DNA of 64,000 nucleotides, taken from positions 372,001 to 436,000 of the forward strand of contig JADEYG010000004.1 of the NCBI GenBank assembly GCA_016906335.1, given 5' to 3'. This stretch comes from Novakomyces olei. Taxonomy: Eukaryota. A program made the translations under genes and the position numbers. Positions 48,676 to 64,000 of the stretch are shown piece by piece; the first letter of the stretch is position 1; each line of letters starts with the position of its first letter. Under the pieces are notes generated by a model. It searched no databases and was not told the origin of the DNA. It was given only the letters and a program-made list of their open reading frames with translations.

Positions 48676-49404
48676 TGTGCCCAATCACGTCTTCACGACT
48701 GTTGCCTTTTATAATCGCGGTTAATTGGGAAACAATTACACTAAATAAGCAGACTCCACTTGTTTTCGCTGCTATTTCTCGTGCTCTGCTCAGCTGGTCA
48801 AGTGCAAAACTGGTGGGACATTGGTCTCTATCGCCTTCGGCGTTCCTTCCTTGTATTATAAATGTAATCGATTGTACTTGCTATTTGCACGACATCGATA
48901 AATACATATGGAAAATATAATATTTGTGGCAATAATATGGGGAGAACAATATATAAAATATAATATAAAATATATAAATATATAAGAGTATTTAAGAACA
49001 TAAATATAAGAATATATAAAGAACAGACATGAACGAACAGATATAAAAGAATATTGTTGAAATATGAATCTATTATACCATCATGTTGTCTCTAGTTTAC
49101 ACTTGATTCGGACCCATCTATCGCGCGTGTCTATTGCGGACTTTAGCTTTATTGGATTTCCAGTTTAATAATACATTTTTTGGAGGACTCAGCTGAAGCT
49201 TTGGTGAGTCTAATTAATTATTCATCCATAAGAACCACGAAAGAACCATCATCTCCAATCATATAAGAATGGACATGTACGAATAGAAGTAAAAGATAAA
49301 TATAAAATAAAAGATATCAGATATATATTGTTAACAATTAAGTATACGCATGCATCATAATACAACGGCAACCGATCCGACGTACTGCTGAGCATTCGAT
49401 CAAG

Positions 49405-50863
49405 ATGGTCAACAGTCTTCCGCCCATTGTCATGGACAAGTAAGGGTTCTTGCTCTGTGTCTACTAACGCATTTCTAGTGGTACAGGATACTCAAAGCTG
49501 GGGTACGATCTAGACTCGTTGATTTGAATTGCTAACAAGACAGGTTTGCCGGCAACGATTCGCCCAGTTATGTATTCCCCACCGTCATTGCCACTCGATC
49601 TGCCGCACGTTCGTCCGGCCTTGCTGGGAAGTCACTTGGAGCCTCATCGAATCTGGCGTCCAAGCGAGGCACAGAAGACCTGGATTTCTACATCGGCTAC
49701 GAGGCTCTTCAGCATGCTTCGGGTGGCGGTTACGGACTCAATTATCCTATTCGGCATGGCCAGATAGAGAATTGGGATCATATGGAGCGATTCTGGCAGC
49801 AGTCGCTTTTCAAGTACCTTCGGTGTGAACCAGAAGACCATTATTTCTTAATGGTATAATAATCAAGAGTGTTCAAACGCAATTCTAACCCTGTCCAGAC
49901 GGAGCCACCGTTGAACCCGCCCGAGAACCGTGAAAATCTTGCTGAAATTATGTTTGAATCTTTTAATTGCGCTGGTCTCTACATTGCAGTACAAGCTGTA
50001 CTTGCATTAGCAGCTTCTTGGACGTCTTCCAAGGTCACAGAGCACTCGCTCACCGGCACAGTGATTGACTCTGGTGACGGTGTGACGCACGTTATACCGG
50101 TGGTAAGCAACTGATTATATATATATATATATATATGTTACTTTAAACATTAATCGCTAATAAACAGGCGGAGGGCTATGTCATTGGATCGGCCATCAAA
50201 AGTGTTCCCGTTGCTGGTCGCGATATAACCTATTTTGTCCAGTCTTTGTTACGTGACCGCAATGAGCCTGACTCTTCGCTCAAGACGGCTGAACGTATTA
50301 AAGAGGAATACTCTTATGTCTGTCCGGATATTGTAAAGGAATTTTCCCGCTATGATCGGGAGCCTGATCGTTTCCAAAAATGCCAAGTCTCTACTACAAA
50401 TGGCCGTACCGTAAGCGTTGATGTTGGCTATGAGAGATTTTTGGGCCCCGAGATATTTTTCAATCCTGAAATCGCGAGTTCTGATTTCTTAACACCGCTT
50501 CCAGACGTAGTTGATGGTGTCATTCAACAGTCACCGATCGATGTTCGACGTGGCCTATACAAAAATATTGTTCTGTCGGGTGGAAGCACAATGTTTAAAG
50601 ACTTTGGACGCCGGTTGCAACGTGATTTGAAGCATCTCGTAGATGAGCGAATCCATCGGAGCGAACTTCTTTCGGGTGCGCGTAGCGGAGGCTTGGAAGT
50701 TCAGGTAATTACGCATCGGAAACAACGTAATGCAGTATGGTTTGGAGGCAGTTTAATGGCTCAAACACCGGAATTCTATTCTTATTGCCATACAAAGGCA
50801 GACTATGAGGAGTATGGAGCGTCGATTGCGAGAAAGTACCAAATCTTTGGCAGCTCGCTTTAG
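49405..50863 (+). CDS. ARP3: Actin-related protein 3 (multi-exon, including a ~24-nt micro-exon)
   Basis: [68 protein letters not shown]. Confidence 0.98.
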
Positions 50864-51060
50864 AAATGTGGCACGCACGTCGGGTAGACTTTTTGAATAA
50901 TTTGACAAAAGCTGGTATAATGCAAGACAATGTTTCAAGTAGATTGCAATATAGGATTAGAGCACATTCTCGAATGATTTTAGTAGAGATGACATGCATT
51001 TTATAGTTTGATGGTATTATTTATAATTATATCATATTATGATATTTTATCATCCATTGC

Positions 51061-53042
51061 CTATCTCTCGTTTGCAGGGCTGACTTCGACTATCTCCTCA
51101 TCTTTCCTCAAGTTTTGTAGCCTTTCTAGAGCAATGTTAAGAGGCGCTCCCAAATTATTCCGCCTAAATATCCGTACAATTTCGTGTGGTATAACCTTTT
51201 CCCCCCTCCTATTGTACCGATCGCAATACCTTACAATCAAATCCGCCAGCCATTCATAAAGCTCTGCGGTAGGTTGTTTATTCCCAATGCTTTTAATCAG
51301 CATGTACCAGTCAGTTTCGTGTTTTCTCGCTTGACTAAACGGAGCACAAGCGTTTCTATCCATGAGCTGGTCGAAAACCTTTGCAATAATATCCAGAGAC
51401 ATGGGAAGGCCGCCAAACGATTTGAGCAGCGATCTGTATGTGATAGCATCCGGGTAAAGCCGTGAGCTATTCAGCTGGTTTAAAGCATCGTGTACTTTTT
51501 CCATTGAGTGAAACATTCCGTATCCGCAGATAAGAGCATTGAAAGTCTCTGTCGTATTAGCGAAGCCCAGCTCGTGCATTGCATCTATATACTCCTTTAC
51601 AACAGACGAGACCATTGCCACTACACGGCTATTAAAGTCCGATCCGGACAGTAAAGGGTTGTCTCCACCTTGATCCTCAAACTGTTTAAAAGTGGACCTG
51701 GCAAAGGCACTAAAAATCGAACTGATAACAGAGTTCATTATCCGTGAATCCGCAATCCCGCCAGCCTCAATGTACCTCTGCAGTAGATCGACAATAATCT
51801 GCAAGTCATTTCGGTGGTGTCGCACGGCAGTAATCAAGCCAGTCATGACCGCCGGTGACGGTACCCGGCCCTGGTAAACAAACATAGTGAAAATCTCAAA
51901 GGCATTTTCGATCTGGTTCCAAGCACAGAGCCTTACAACAAGTGAAGACCACCATCTACTCGACATTCGCCCATGGAAAATACGGCACGAGACTTTAACC
52001 AGGTCAAAGGCCTCAGCCGGCTTGTTGTACCAGAAGAGAGCCAGTATTAAGCTGAGATAAATATCACGATGGGGCACAATACCCCGCTGGATACACTCAC
52101 GAAGGTAAGACTTGCACTTTTCAAGGCCTTCATCCAGCTCGATACCCAAGTTTATAGCGACAGCATAAGTGGAAGAGTCAACTGCGGGCACAAATTCTCC
52201 CTTCCCCCACGGCGCTTCCAGCTTGAGGTATCGAATATGGTCCCATGTAGCCTTGGCTGCCTGTAACTGTCCGACCTGGAGTAGAACTTTAAGCAGCCGA
52301 GTCCAGACGTCTGTACTTGCTCCTGTAAGGCTGCCCCTGACCAGCCGTCCGTTTATGTCCAGCAACAAGTTTATTGCGTCATTATACGCGCCAATAGTAA
52401 TCAATTCCTGGTCTGCCAAGTACCTCTGCAGGAAATGTATGGCGGCCAAGAGGTCTTTTGACTCAAAGCAATCGAGCTCACGAAGCGAGCGGTACAGTGG
52501 TATCGCTTCAGAAACACTGTCGGCATTGCACGCCTCTCTGAAACTCGCCCTCTACCAATATTAGATCATAATACCGTGGAGTTTGAAACTGACACTGAAC
52601 ACTAAAAGAATACGAAATAAAAGCAGTAAAACCTAGATTAAAAATATTGGAAACAAAATGGAGAAAACAGAAAAAATTAGAAATTTAAAAAAAAATAAAA
52701 ATAAAAAAATAAATTAAAAAATAAATTAAAATTAAGAAAAAAAAGGAAAATACAAAAGTGAAACCAAAATCAGTTTGAATCATACACATTCAGCCACAAA
52801 CATGAGCAAACAAAAAAATTATTGGCAGACGCCACGCTTACCTCTTGATCAAACGCTTCTGGAATAGCTCGTGAAGGGAGTAACCTGTCAATAGTATTGT
52901 GAGCGACAGGCCGGGCACCTTGGCGCGGCCATGGCGAGTAAGAAAATTGCCGTAGCCGGTACGGCGGCACTCTGTTGAACTGTGCGCGAAACAAGCACCG
53001 CAGGCAGTTCCTAGCCGATCCTGGCTGGACTCTAGTTGTCAT
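51061..53042 (-). CDS. Mitochondrial pentatricopeptide-repeat protein (2 exons)
   Basis: Presequence exon ending AFDQE|GTAAGC; PPR motifs TETFNALICGYG, YPDAITYRSLLKSFG, PSPAVMTGLITA. Confidence 0.8.
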
Positions 53043-53212
53043 TGCCAAAATATTTTGTCTATTTAATTATTCTTATCGTAATCTTTTTTGTACATTATGG
53101 ACGTTATACGCACCATTAATTATTCCTTTACGAATTATATACACTACAAAAACTTTTGTCACTGTCGAGCCTTAAAATCTGCGCTAAAATTATAATAAAT
53201 AAAATACGAGCG

Positions 53213-56153
<2,941 letters not shown>

Positions 56154-56394
56154 ATGATAGATGTATAAACAATCTGAATTTCTGCTAAGCTCGATATAAA
56201 CTGGGTAATTGCAAAGTAGAGAAAGCAAAATACTCATATATGTATGAGATAATATGAATTTTGTATGTTTATTAGTACATTGTTTATTCAATATTTTCTA
56301 TTCATTTTTTAATATGATACTATGATTGAAGAAAAAACTTCTGTGTTGATCATAAATCTGATTGTTATTTTTTATTACGATAATATAATTATTC

Positions 56395-57357
56395 TTATGA
56401 AGATAGCCACCGCACTTGCGGCTCTTGTGTCGACTGCGCGTTTTGAGTCCGTTCCCGTTTAACCATATCTGCAAGCGTAAGAATAATGCGATCAAATCCA
56501 ATGCCTTCTTTGGCACTCATTGGAATAACAAGAGTTCCGGGCAGAGCATTATTGACTGCAGCAATAAGCTCAGCCATTTTATCCTCTGTTCCCTCAATAT
56601 CGGCCTTGTTGGCCAGTACAATTGCTGGTTTAGCTATCAAATGGGTATCATGCAATTTCAGCTCTTTAAACAATGTTGAAAAGGTGCTGGCGGGGCTTCG
56701 ATCAGCATCAGCCAAATCAATTACAAAAGCCAAAATGGAAGCCCTTTCGACGTGCCGAAGAAACTCGTGACCAAGGCCTCTTCCCTCATTTGCGCCTTCT
56801 ATTAGCCCGGGAATATCGGCCACTGAAAATTTTATTTCATTATGTCCCGGAATCGTTACCGTACCGATATGAGGGTTTAGTGTGGTAAACTGCCATCCTT
56901 CTACCCGCGAATTGGCACGAGAAATGACGTTGAGAAAGGTGCTTTTGCCTGCGTTTGGCATCCCGACCAGGCCAATATCTGAAATGGATTTAAGTTCTAC
57001 TCGAAACACTCGTTCTTCTCCGGGGAGACCCCGTGTCGCTATTAGTGGAGACCGACTAGTCTTGGAGACAAACATGGAATTTCCAAGGCCACCGACCCCG
57101 CCTTCACACAACAGAATTGGTGCCGCAGTTGGAGAATCAAGATCCTCATTGATCTGAGGTCTTGTGCCTCGGAAGAGAGGGACGTAATGCCGAATTGCTG
57201 TAGTGACAGCTTCCCTTTGCTGCTTTTTTTCCGATGCAGGGTTTGATATATCCCCAGGATAATATCTCCATTTAATCATGTCCTTGTAAAAGCGTCTGCC
57301 CGTTATTTCAGATACTTCTCTTACCACACTTCCAACGGGAACCTGTAGTAGCATTAG

Positions 57358-57424
<67 letters not shown>

Positions 57425-57987
57425 ACATATATGTATATACTAAATATACTAAATTATAGCTCTGGCGAATGGAGACCGTAAAAATAGAGGATATGAAAAG
57501 ACTTAAACAGCCTAGTATCCAAAAGCCAAATAGTCAAACAGATAAGAGATCATACCTCAAGGTGGATATCGCGCCCATACTTCCCATTAACGGCAGACCC
57601 CCGGCCGTGGCCACCCCGCTCAGATCGAACGAATGAGGCTATATTAGCGAGACTGCCCGACTCGCTGGCAACAATATAAATATTTCCTCCACGGCCTCCA
57701 TTGCCTCCGTTTGGAGGCCCGCGTGGCGTAAGGGCGTCGCGAAGAAAGGAGACACAGCCATCGCCTCCTGTACCGCTTACACATCTTATAGTAATTGCGT
57801 CCACAAACCGACCAGACCTTAGCTTTAATTGGATTAGCACGTGAATGAAATCACAGATAGACACTACCTTTGCCTCTGATTTCGGCTTGTGTTGTAAATT
57901 CAAAGCGCTATAATTTTGCATAGACTGGAACCGTCGGCCGCAAACTTTTGCGGCCAAAGGCGCCGCCGTTATTGGTCGTAATATCAT
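56395..57987 (-). CDS. MTG2: Mitochondrial Obg-family GTPase (3 exons)
   Basis: GTGGDGCVSFLR..GPPNGGNGGRGG Obg fold, GLVGMPNAGKST, FTTLNP, DIPGLIEGA, ANKAD. Confidence 0.93.
57358..57425. repeat. (TAAA)17 microsatellite in an MTG2 intron
   Basis: Perfect tetranucleotide run abutting the branch point/3' splice region. Confidence 0.96.
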
Positions 57988-58242
57988 TGTTACCCAATCC
58001 ACCAACTCCAGTCAATTTCATGCCTTTTGCCAGATAATTATAATCTTCGACGAAGATTGTTATGTAAGACTAATTTTGTAGAATTGTGCATATTCAATTA
58101 TCCTCCATTATATTACAGTTTGTTTATTAGTGAATTACAATATATTAAATTAGAAATTAAATTAAACATTAATTTCATAATATTGTGCCGTATGGTATCA
58201 TAGCGTTCAGGATTCGTCGGCAGGAGACTGTAATGATCTCGC

Positions 58243-61200
58243 ATGGATTTGACTTTGGTAAACCGTTTGCCTTGTTTTTCAGCACGTACTAACTGCGCTC
58301 TAGTGGCGATCATTTAATTTCTTTGAAGCTCGCGAAATCGATGCTGCCGATACAAACATCAAAGTATAATTGTCGCAATCTCCATCTTTACTAATAGCAA
58401 ATATAGACTGGAGCGAATTGCCTCGCGAGCAGCAGCGGGTACCTTTTCGTCGGCTACAATGACGGAAAGGTTGAGCAGCTCGACAGCTCACGGCAGCTGG
58501 TTTACTCGTTTCAGGCGTATGACGGCGACTGTTCCGTGACGCATATGGCTTTTGTGGAGAATTCTCCATACCTCTTTACTCTAGGCGTAATCGTTTAACC
58601 GTATTCTATCAATGCTAACGTACTTCCAGACTGACGCGTCTCTTGGGGCATTGCTTAAACTATGGTCTATGGATGGGGACAAGGCGAATAAGGAGCCCTC
58701 TCTTTTAACTACGTACAGAGTCATTGGCGGGCTGAAGCCTTTTCCGGTGAGATATTCCTCGCACCGTCATATTTATTTATTTTTCGTTTATAGTCATAAA
58801 TCTGTTGCTTATTTGGCATTTCTCTAATTCTCAGGTATCGGCGTTTGCCGTGTTTGAACAGGCCAACCAGGTGGCAGTCGGCTTTGCCGATGGAGTTGTT
58901 GTGCTTGTTCGGGGAGATTTGCCTCGTGATCGTGGTGCTAAACAGCGAATCATCTACGAGTCCACCGATCCAGTCACGGGTCTCTACTTTGGCGTTCAAG
59001 GACGCCGTCGGCATTTATTTATCGTAACAACTGGCCGAGTCCTTACTTATCCTATTGATGTATGGGGATCACATGCGGCTGCAGTGCTCGATACGACGGG
59101 TGCCGCTCTAAGATGCTCGAGCGAGACTTCTTCAATGAAGCAGATTTGTGTAGCGCGCAACGACTCTATTCATTTTTACGGAAGGGACGGGAAGGGTGAA
59201 TGTTATCCTGTATCAGGTATGAAATTGAAGAAGACAAAATTTGAGACATCTTGATTTTTTTTTATTAATTTATTTATTTATTGATCAATTATTCAATACG
59301 ATGACTTCTAATTTCTCTAGGATACAAGAGCATGATTCTTGTGTATGGACGGTTTGTCGTGCTAGAGCTCACACAAGCGCCCTCGCTTTTGCCATTTTCT
59401 GGCATGAATGATACCCCTGGTTTCTCTGATTTTACCACGGTTTACGTACTAGATTTGCGATTGAAAATATCAGTGTTCAAACGGACTCTGAGCTCCAGCG
59501 TGAAGTATGGTGTGGTTGCCTTCAACAACCTGTACCTTTTACTGGCTTCCGGCAGCGCTATAGAACTCGAGCTATTACCCGTTGAGCAGCAGATTTCTGC
59601 GCTGGTAGATAAGAACTGTTATGCTCTAGCGCTCAACGTGGCCGGCTCTGAGCGGGGTCGAGGCGGTGCTAGTACGGACAGGCAGATCGTCCGTATTTCT
59701 GCCGGCTATGCCGACTATTTATTTGCAGAGGCAAAGTACCATGAGGCAATTGGGCATTATGTCCGTGCTGCCCAGCAAATAAGTCCAACGACAGTGATAC
59801 GAAAGTACCTGCAGGTCCAAAGGATCGGGGACCTTTTAGAGTATTTGGAGGAACAGGACGCTCGGGGTTTGATCTCTATTCATCACCGGACACTTATGGT
59901 GAGCTGCTATATAAAAGTTGGCGATATTGCCAAGCTGGACGCCTTTCTGCGCAACCCTGATCTTGCCATCGATCTGGATACTGTTATCGCTATTTGCCGT
60001 GACGCTAAACTGTTCAAACAGGCGGCTTTTTTGGCAGCGAGGCACTCTGATTTCGGAGCCTTTTTAGACATTGTGTGCTATGACTTGCGCGATTTTGGTT
60101 CAGCGATGCGGTGCCTAACGGCACTGAAGCCGCTAGAGCTGGGCGACAGGATCTTTGACTTTGGTCATTTGGTGATGGAGGAGAGGCCGGAAGAGTTCAC
60201 GGACCTTGTTGTTGCGTACTATACGGGCAAGTATACGCCAATTACCTCTAATCTGGAGATAATACGGAACATGGAGCCGGGCCAGGGCCAGGACGAGGGT
60301 TCACGGGCAGTTTTGGTACAGTCTCCAGCCGATACAGCGTCCGTACAGAGGGAGAAGCCTTCTTACACTTCTTACTTGTCTCAACTGCCTCTGCTTTCAG
60401 CGCAGATGAGCCCGTCAGGAACCCCGACCCGCTCGGGCACAGGCGAGCCTGCCGTCGAGTCGCTTGTGGGCAAGTATAAGGTCCCCGAGCCGCGATCGGC
60501 ATTTGGGCTGTTTGTAGCCCATAATACTCAGCTTGTAAGGTTTTTAGAGGAAATTGCAGCCTACTATCGCTCGCTAAGAGCAAATAATACTGTCGTTGGA
60601 GGGCCACACGGTGACGCTGATGTATATGCCGACAGAGACGAAGACGAAGACAGAGACAAAGACGGTTCAGTGGCCAGCAACTTGAGACTGGTCAACACTA
60701 TGCTGTACGAGGCCTATCTGCGCCAGGCGAAGCAGTGCTTTGGGGAAGCAGAGAAGCAGCAAGTCACAGAAAAGGCTCGGAGACTGCTCTTTTCTGGAAC
60801 CCACAAACAAGATCGTGAGCAGGCGGCAATAGAGGCGGGCAGCGATTCAAGAAAAGGTCAGGCTGCCGCCCAAGCAATGCATCGTGCAGACGAGCTGGCA
60901 GCAGTTCGGCAGATGGATATTGCAAGTGTTTTAAACGCCTCATTCGAAGCTCTTTTTGAAGACGGAGTTGGATTAGCTATGGAGGCAGTTGGATTACAGA
61001 CTGACGTGTTCCGAATGCACTGTGCTCGAAAGGATACTCATGCCGTCTTTGAAGCGCTTGACTTGTACGGGAAAGAGTTTCCGGAGCTGTACCTCCTGGC
61101 TTTGTACTATTTTGCCGGGAACGAGGACGTTTTTGCCGGTTATGAGGAACAGTTTGAGACCCTGCTGAATGATATTCAGCGGCTGCGGATTATTTCCCCT

Positions 61201-61795
61201 TTACAGGTGATCCGTATACTGTCTACTTCGAGTATCGTCAACGTGGGCTCCGTTAAAAAGTATGTTTCCGGTATTTTTGACCGAGAGCAAAGGGATATTG
61301 ACAGTGTAAGTTTTCAAATAATAATATTTATATCTATATAAGTATCTTTTTATTCATTTATTTGTTATTAATCATTCCGTTGCTTAACAACAACAGTCGA
61401 CGCAACTATACTCAAGTTACAAGCAAGACGCATCAAAATACATTTCAGAGATAGACAATTTGTGTGGGAAAGCACAGGTTATTCAGGTCACTAGATGCAC
61501 GGCGTGTGGTGGCAATATGGAACTTCCAGTTGTGCATTATCTTTGCCATCATAGCTACCATCAACGTTGTCTTGAAGACGTTGAAGGAATCTACGAGAGA
61601 GATGGCAAGCACGAACAAGAAAGTCAGGTCTCTGAACAGTGTCCTAAATGCCGTAGCAGTTTTTCTGCCATTCGCACTCTACGACTCCAACGTGAAGACA
61701 GACCTGAACGGCAAGGTTTCTTCCGGGACGCTCTTGAAGCCTCAGAGGATAAAGTGTCCTTTGTCTTTAATTCCCTTGGTAGTGTACAGATTTAG
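58243..61795 (+). CDS. VPS11: HOPS/CORVET subunit Vps11 (multi-exon)
   Basis: MDLTL|WRSFNFFE, VAVGFADGVVVLVRGDLPRDRG, YADYLF..VIRKYL, C-terminal RING CTACGGNMELPVVHYLCHHSYHQRC..CPKC. Confidence 0.94.
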
Positions 61796-63102
61796 GGCTA
61801 ATGTCGAATATTTTTTTATTAAATTAAATTTATTACTATTCTGGAAGTGAAATTGGCTTCGGGAAACGGAAAAGATTGGGGTTTAGTAGGAATTTCACAA
61901 TTATATAGCAGAGTTGAAATAAGATGTGCGCTACTCTTCTAATCACACAATGCGATAAGTCGAGATTAGCATAATCTGGAGGGTCTGAGGAAACAATTTG
62001 GATATTGGTCTTAATTATCTATTTTGATAAAATAGGGTTTCTACGCTGTTAGGGTTTAATGACGAGCATCCTCTGCTGGTGTATCATTTAAAATTTAAAG
62101 TAAAATGTGGCAGATATTTTGCGTCATTTATAATTCAATACTATTGGTTCGTCTGGTCCCCTACTTGAAAGCCGTCACAATTTCTGCCAATCTTGTGCTC
62201 TTTCTATTAAACCAAAATATATTTAGTACAGAAACCCTTACAAATTTTAATCAGTGGAATTGATCGACAGCGATATTTGATAATATCAATTTAATATTAT
62301 TTGTAATCATACAAGCGGCGCGAAATTAGGTTGCAGTCTTTTGAGCAGTTTAGGGGTATACTGTTTCTGGCAAACTCTGAGTAAAATAAAAATAAAAATA
62401 CAAAACTTTCACATGGCGGTAAACTTGTAGGCGAATATGATACGAGCATCAGAAAAATGTGTCGTATGGGGGAGAAAAAAACCAAGTAAAAAAATGCTGA
62501 ATATTATTCCCATTAAGGTTAAGCGGGCAAACCATATTTGTCATTGTGTATAGTCAACAAACGCGGTGCCGCGTAAAGGTGGCAAACAAGCGTCAATTCT
62601 GTCAAACAGCTTGAAGTAGGTTAAAGTGTAAGCTTCATAGACCTGAGATAGCCGTACTCCGCACACACGATAATGACGCCAAAAAAAAAGAGGACTGAGA
62701 ATAATAAAAACGCGAGCACGTAAACAAATGAATTGCACCCTCTATAGTCTAAAAATCAGAAATGAGAACGGAATGACGGAGTATATACACAGAACATAGC
62801 GATCTTTTTTAGCGCGTAGTTGCAAATCGTGAACGGGAAAACAAGGAATCTAAAACAAATCGCAACCAAAATCCGCTTTTAAAAACACACAAAAGTCTAA
62901 ATTTTTAATGTTCGTCGGAACTATAGCGCACTGCGTAGGGCCACGTATGCCAACATGCAAAAAATGTTGAAAAGTAATTGCAGCCAAAGAGAGCCGAAGG
63001 AAGACGACGAAAGGAGGAGACAGACAAAGACGACAAAGGAGAAGCCAAACGGACAAGACGAAGGAGGAGGTGTTCATTAATTGGTTTTCTAAAAGCAGAA
63101 TA

Positions 63103-63221
63103 AAAAGAGCTGCAAAAGAGCTGCAAAAAAGCTGCAAAAAAGCTGCAAAAGAGCTGCAAAAGAGCTGCAAAAAAGCTGCAAAAGAGCTGCAAAAGAGCTG
63201 CAAAAGAGCTGCAAAAGAGCT
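63103..63221. repeat. 11-bp minisatellite AAAA(G/A)AGCTGC, ~11 copies
   Basis: Tandem units visible about 40 bp downstream of the stop of the terminal minus-strand ORF. Confidence 0.95.
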
Positions 63222-63260
63222 TCAGAATAAAACCGAAACCAGCCCTTGCAAGAACGCTTC

Positions 63261-64000
63261 TCAATTCATTTGCTGACGGTGATGGTTAGCGAGCTGGTTA
63301 GCAGCAGGCGAAGAAGGCGTATGCTGCCTGTGTGGCTGCAAGTTCATGACTGTGGCAGGCCCCCCCACCGTCTCGTACGGCGACCGGTAATTTGAGGCAG
63401 CAGAGAAAGCGGAAGAGGGCTCCATAATTCGACCAGAGCCAGTACCAAACCGGCTATCGCCAGCATTGCCAACACCAGGAGCACCATAGAACCCAGACAA
63501 GTAAGTACTGGCGGCTCCGTGAGGGTACAGAGAAGGCAGCGATCGTTGTGTATGGTCCTCAGTGGCAACTCCACTGCCAGCAGACTGGTCCGGTTGGTAG
63601 TACTGGCCGAGTTGCTGTGGGTAGTAGGCAACTGGCCGGAACTGCTGCAGAGGAAAAGACGAGTACTCTGGCCGAATAGAAGCAGCAGCAGCAGCGGCAG
63701 CAGCGGCAGAAGAAGAGGTAGACGAAGTAGAATCGGGTCTCGAGGCAGTAAGAGGAGCTGCCTGAGTATTCATCGTCTCTGGCCGGTAGTAATTGACAGC
63801 GTACCCTCCATTCATCTCGTACCCTTCGCCGGCAGCGGCAGAGTGGTAAGCAGAGGCCGGCTGCTGCATGAACGGTGAAGCGTTGAACGGTGTAGAAGCG
63901 GCAGTCGAGGCTGAAGGTGAAGGCAGAGCCGTACTGCCAAGGCCATTGCCAATAGCAGAGCCAATACTGCCAGCAGAGCCACTGCCAATGCCACTGCCAA
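63261..64000 (-). CDS. C-terminal part of a low-complexity Ser/Ala/Gln/Tyr-rich protein (5' end outside the window)
   Basis: Open frame runs off the window edge; poly-Ala and QYYQP composition typical of regulatory proteins; no recognisable domain. Confidence 0.65.
   Translation of the reverse strand, partial: GSGIGSGSAGSIGSAIGNGLGSTALPSPSASTAASTPFNASPFMQQPASAYHSAAAGEGYEMNGGYAVNYYRPETMNTQAAPLTASRPDSTSSTSSSAAAAAAAAASIRPEYSSFPLQQFRPVAYYPQQLGQYYQPDQSAGSGVATEDHTQRSLPSLYPHGAASTYLSGFYGAPGVGNAGDSRFGTGSGRIMEPSSAFSAASNYRSPYETVGGPATVMNLQPHRQHTPSSPAANQLANHHRQQMN

Noticed and set aside
49175-49210. Sm-like ATTTTTTGG followed by a GACTCA/TGAGTC hairpin upstream of ARP3
   Set aside because: No U1, U2, U4 or U5 signature upstream on that strand; likely promoter or 5' UTR sequence
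62850-63276. Repetitive ORFs (LQLFCSSFAA / KELQKSCK)
   Set aside because: Translations of the 11-bp minisatellite; no spacers, so not CRISPR-like either

Overview
Gene-dense, intron-rich fungal chromosome segment. Arp3, Rho4 and Nsa2 sequences and the short CTAAC/AAG introns point to a Taphrinomycotina, fission-yeast-like ascomycete; the species is not identifiable from sequence alone. About 30 protein genes are present (HSF1, SLD5, NSA2, ARC18, striatin, HSP60, a divergent FTR1/FET3 pair, ROT1, PPM2, RHO4, SKB1/PRMT5, LCB3, ARP3, PRP43, MTG2, VPS11, two PPR proteins and others), with two tRNA genes and several microsatellites. The main discovery is a ~1.25 kb minus-strand region with no recognisable protein gene between PPM2 and RHO4 (~37540-38790). 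It carries, in the correct order, the hallmark elements of a fungal telomerase RNA: core-enclosing helices, a template-boundary arm, a TTAGGG-type template (UAACCCUGAC), a pseudoknot with a matching CUUCUUU/GAAGAAA triplex, and a CR4/5-type junction with P6 and P6.1. Also notable: three intronless, Cys-motif arrestin-like paralogs interleaved with single-copy genes, and a cluster of iron-GATA sites between FTR1 and FET3. Exon boundaries were read by eye and RNA structures were paired by hand; neither was computed.
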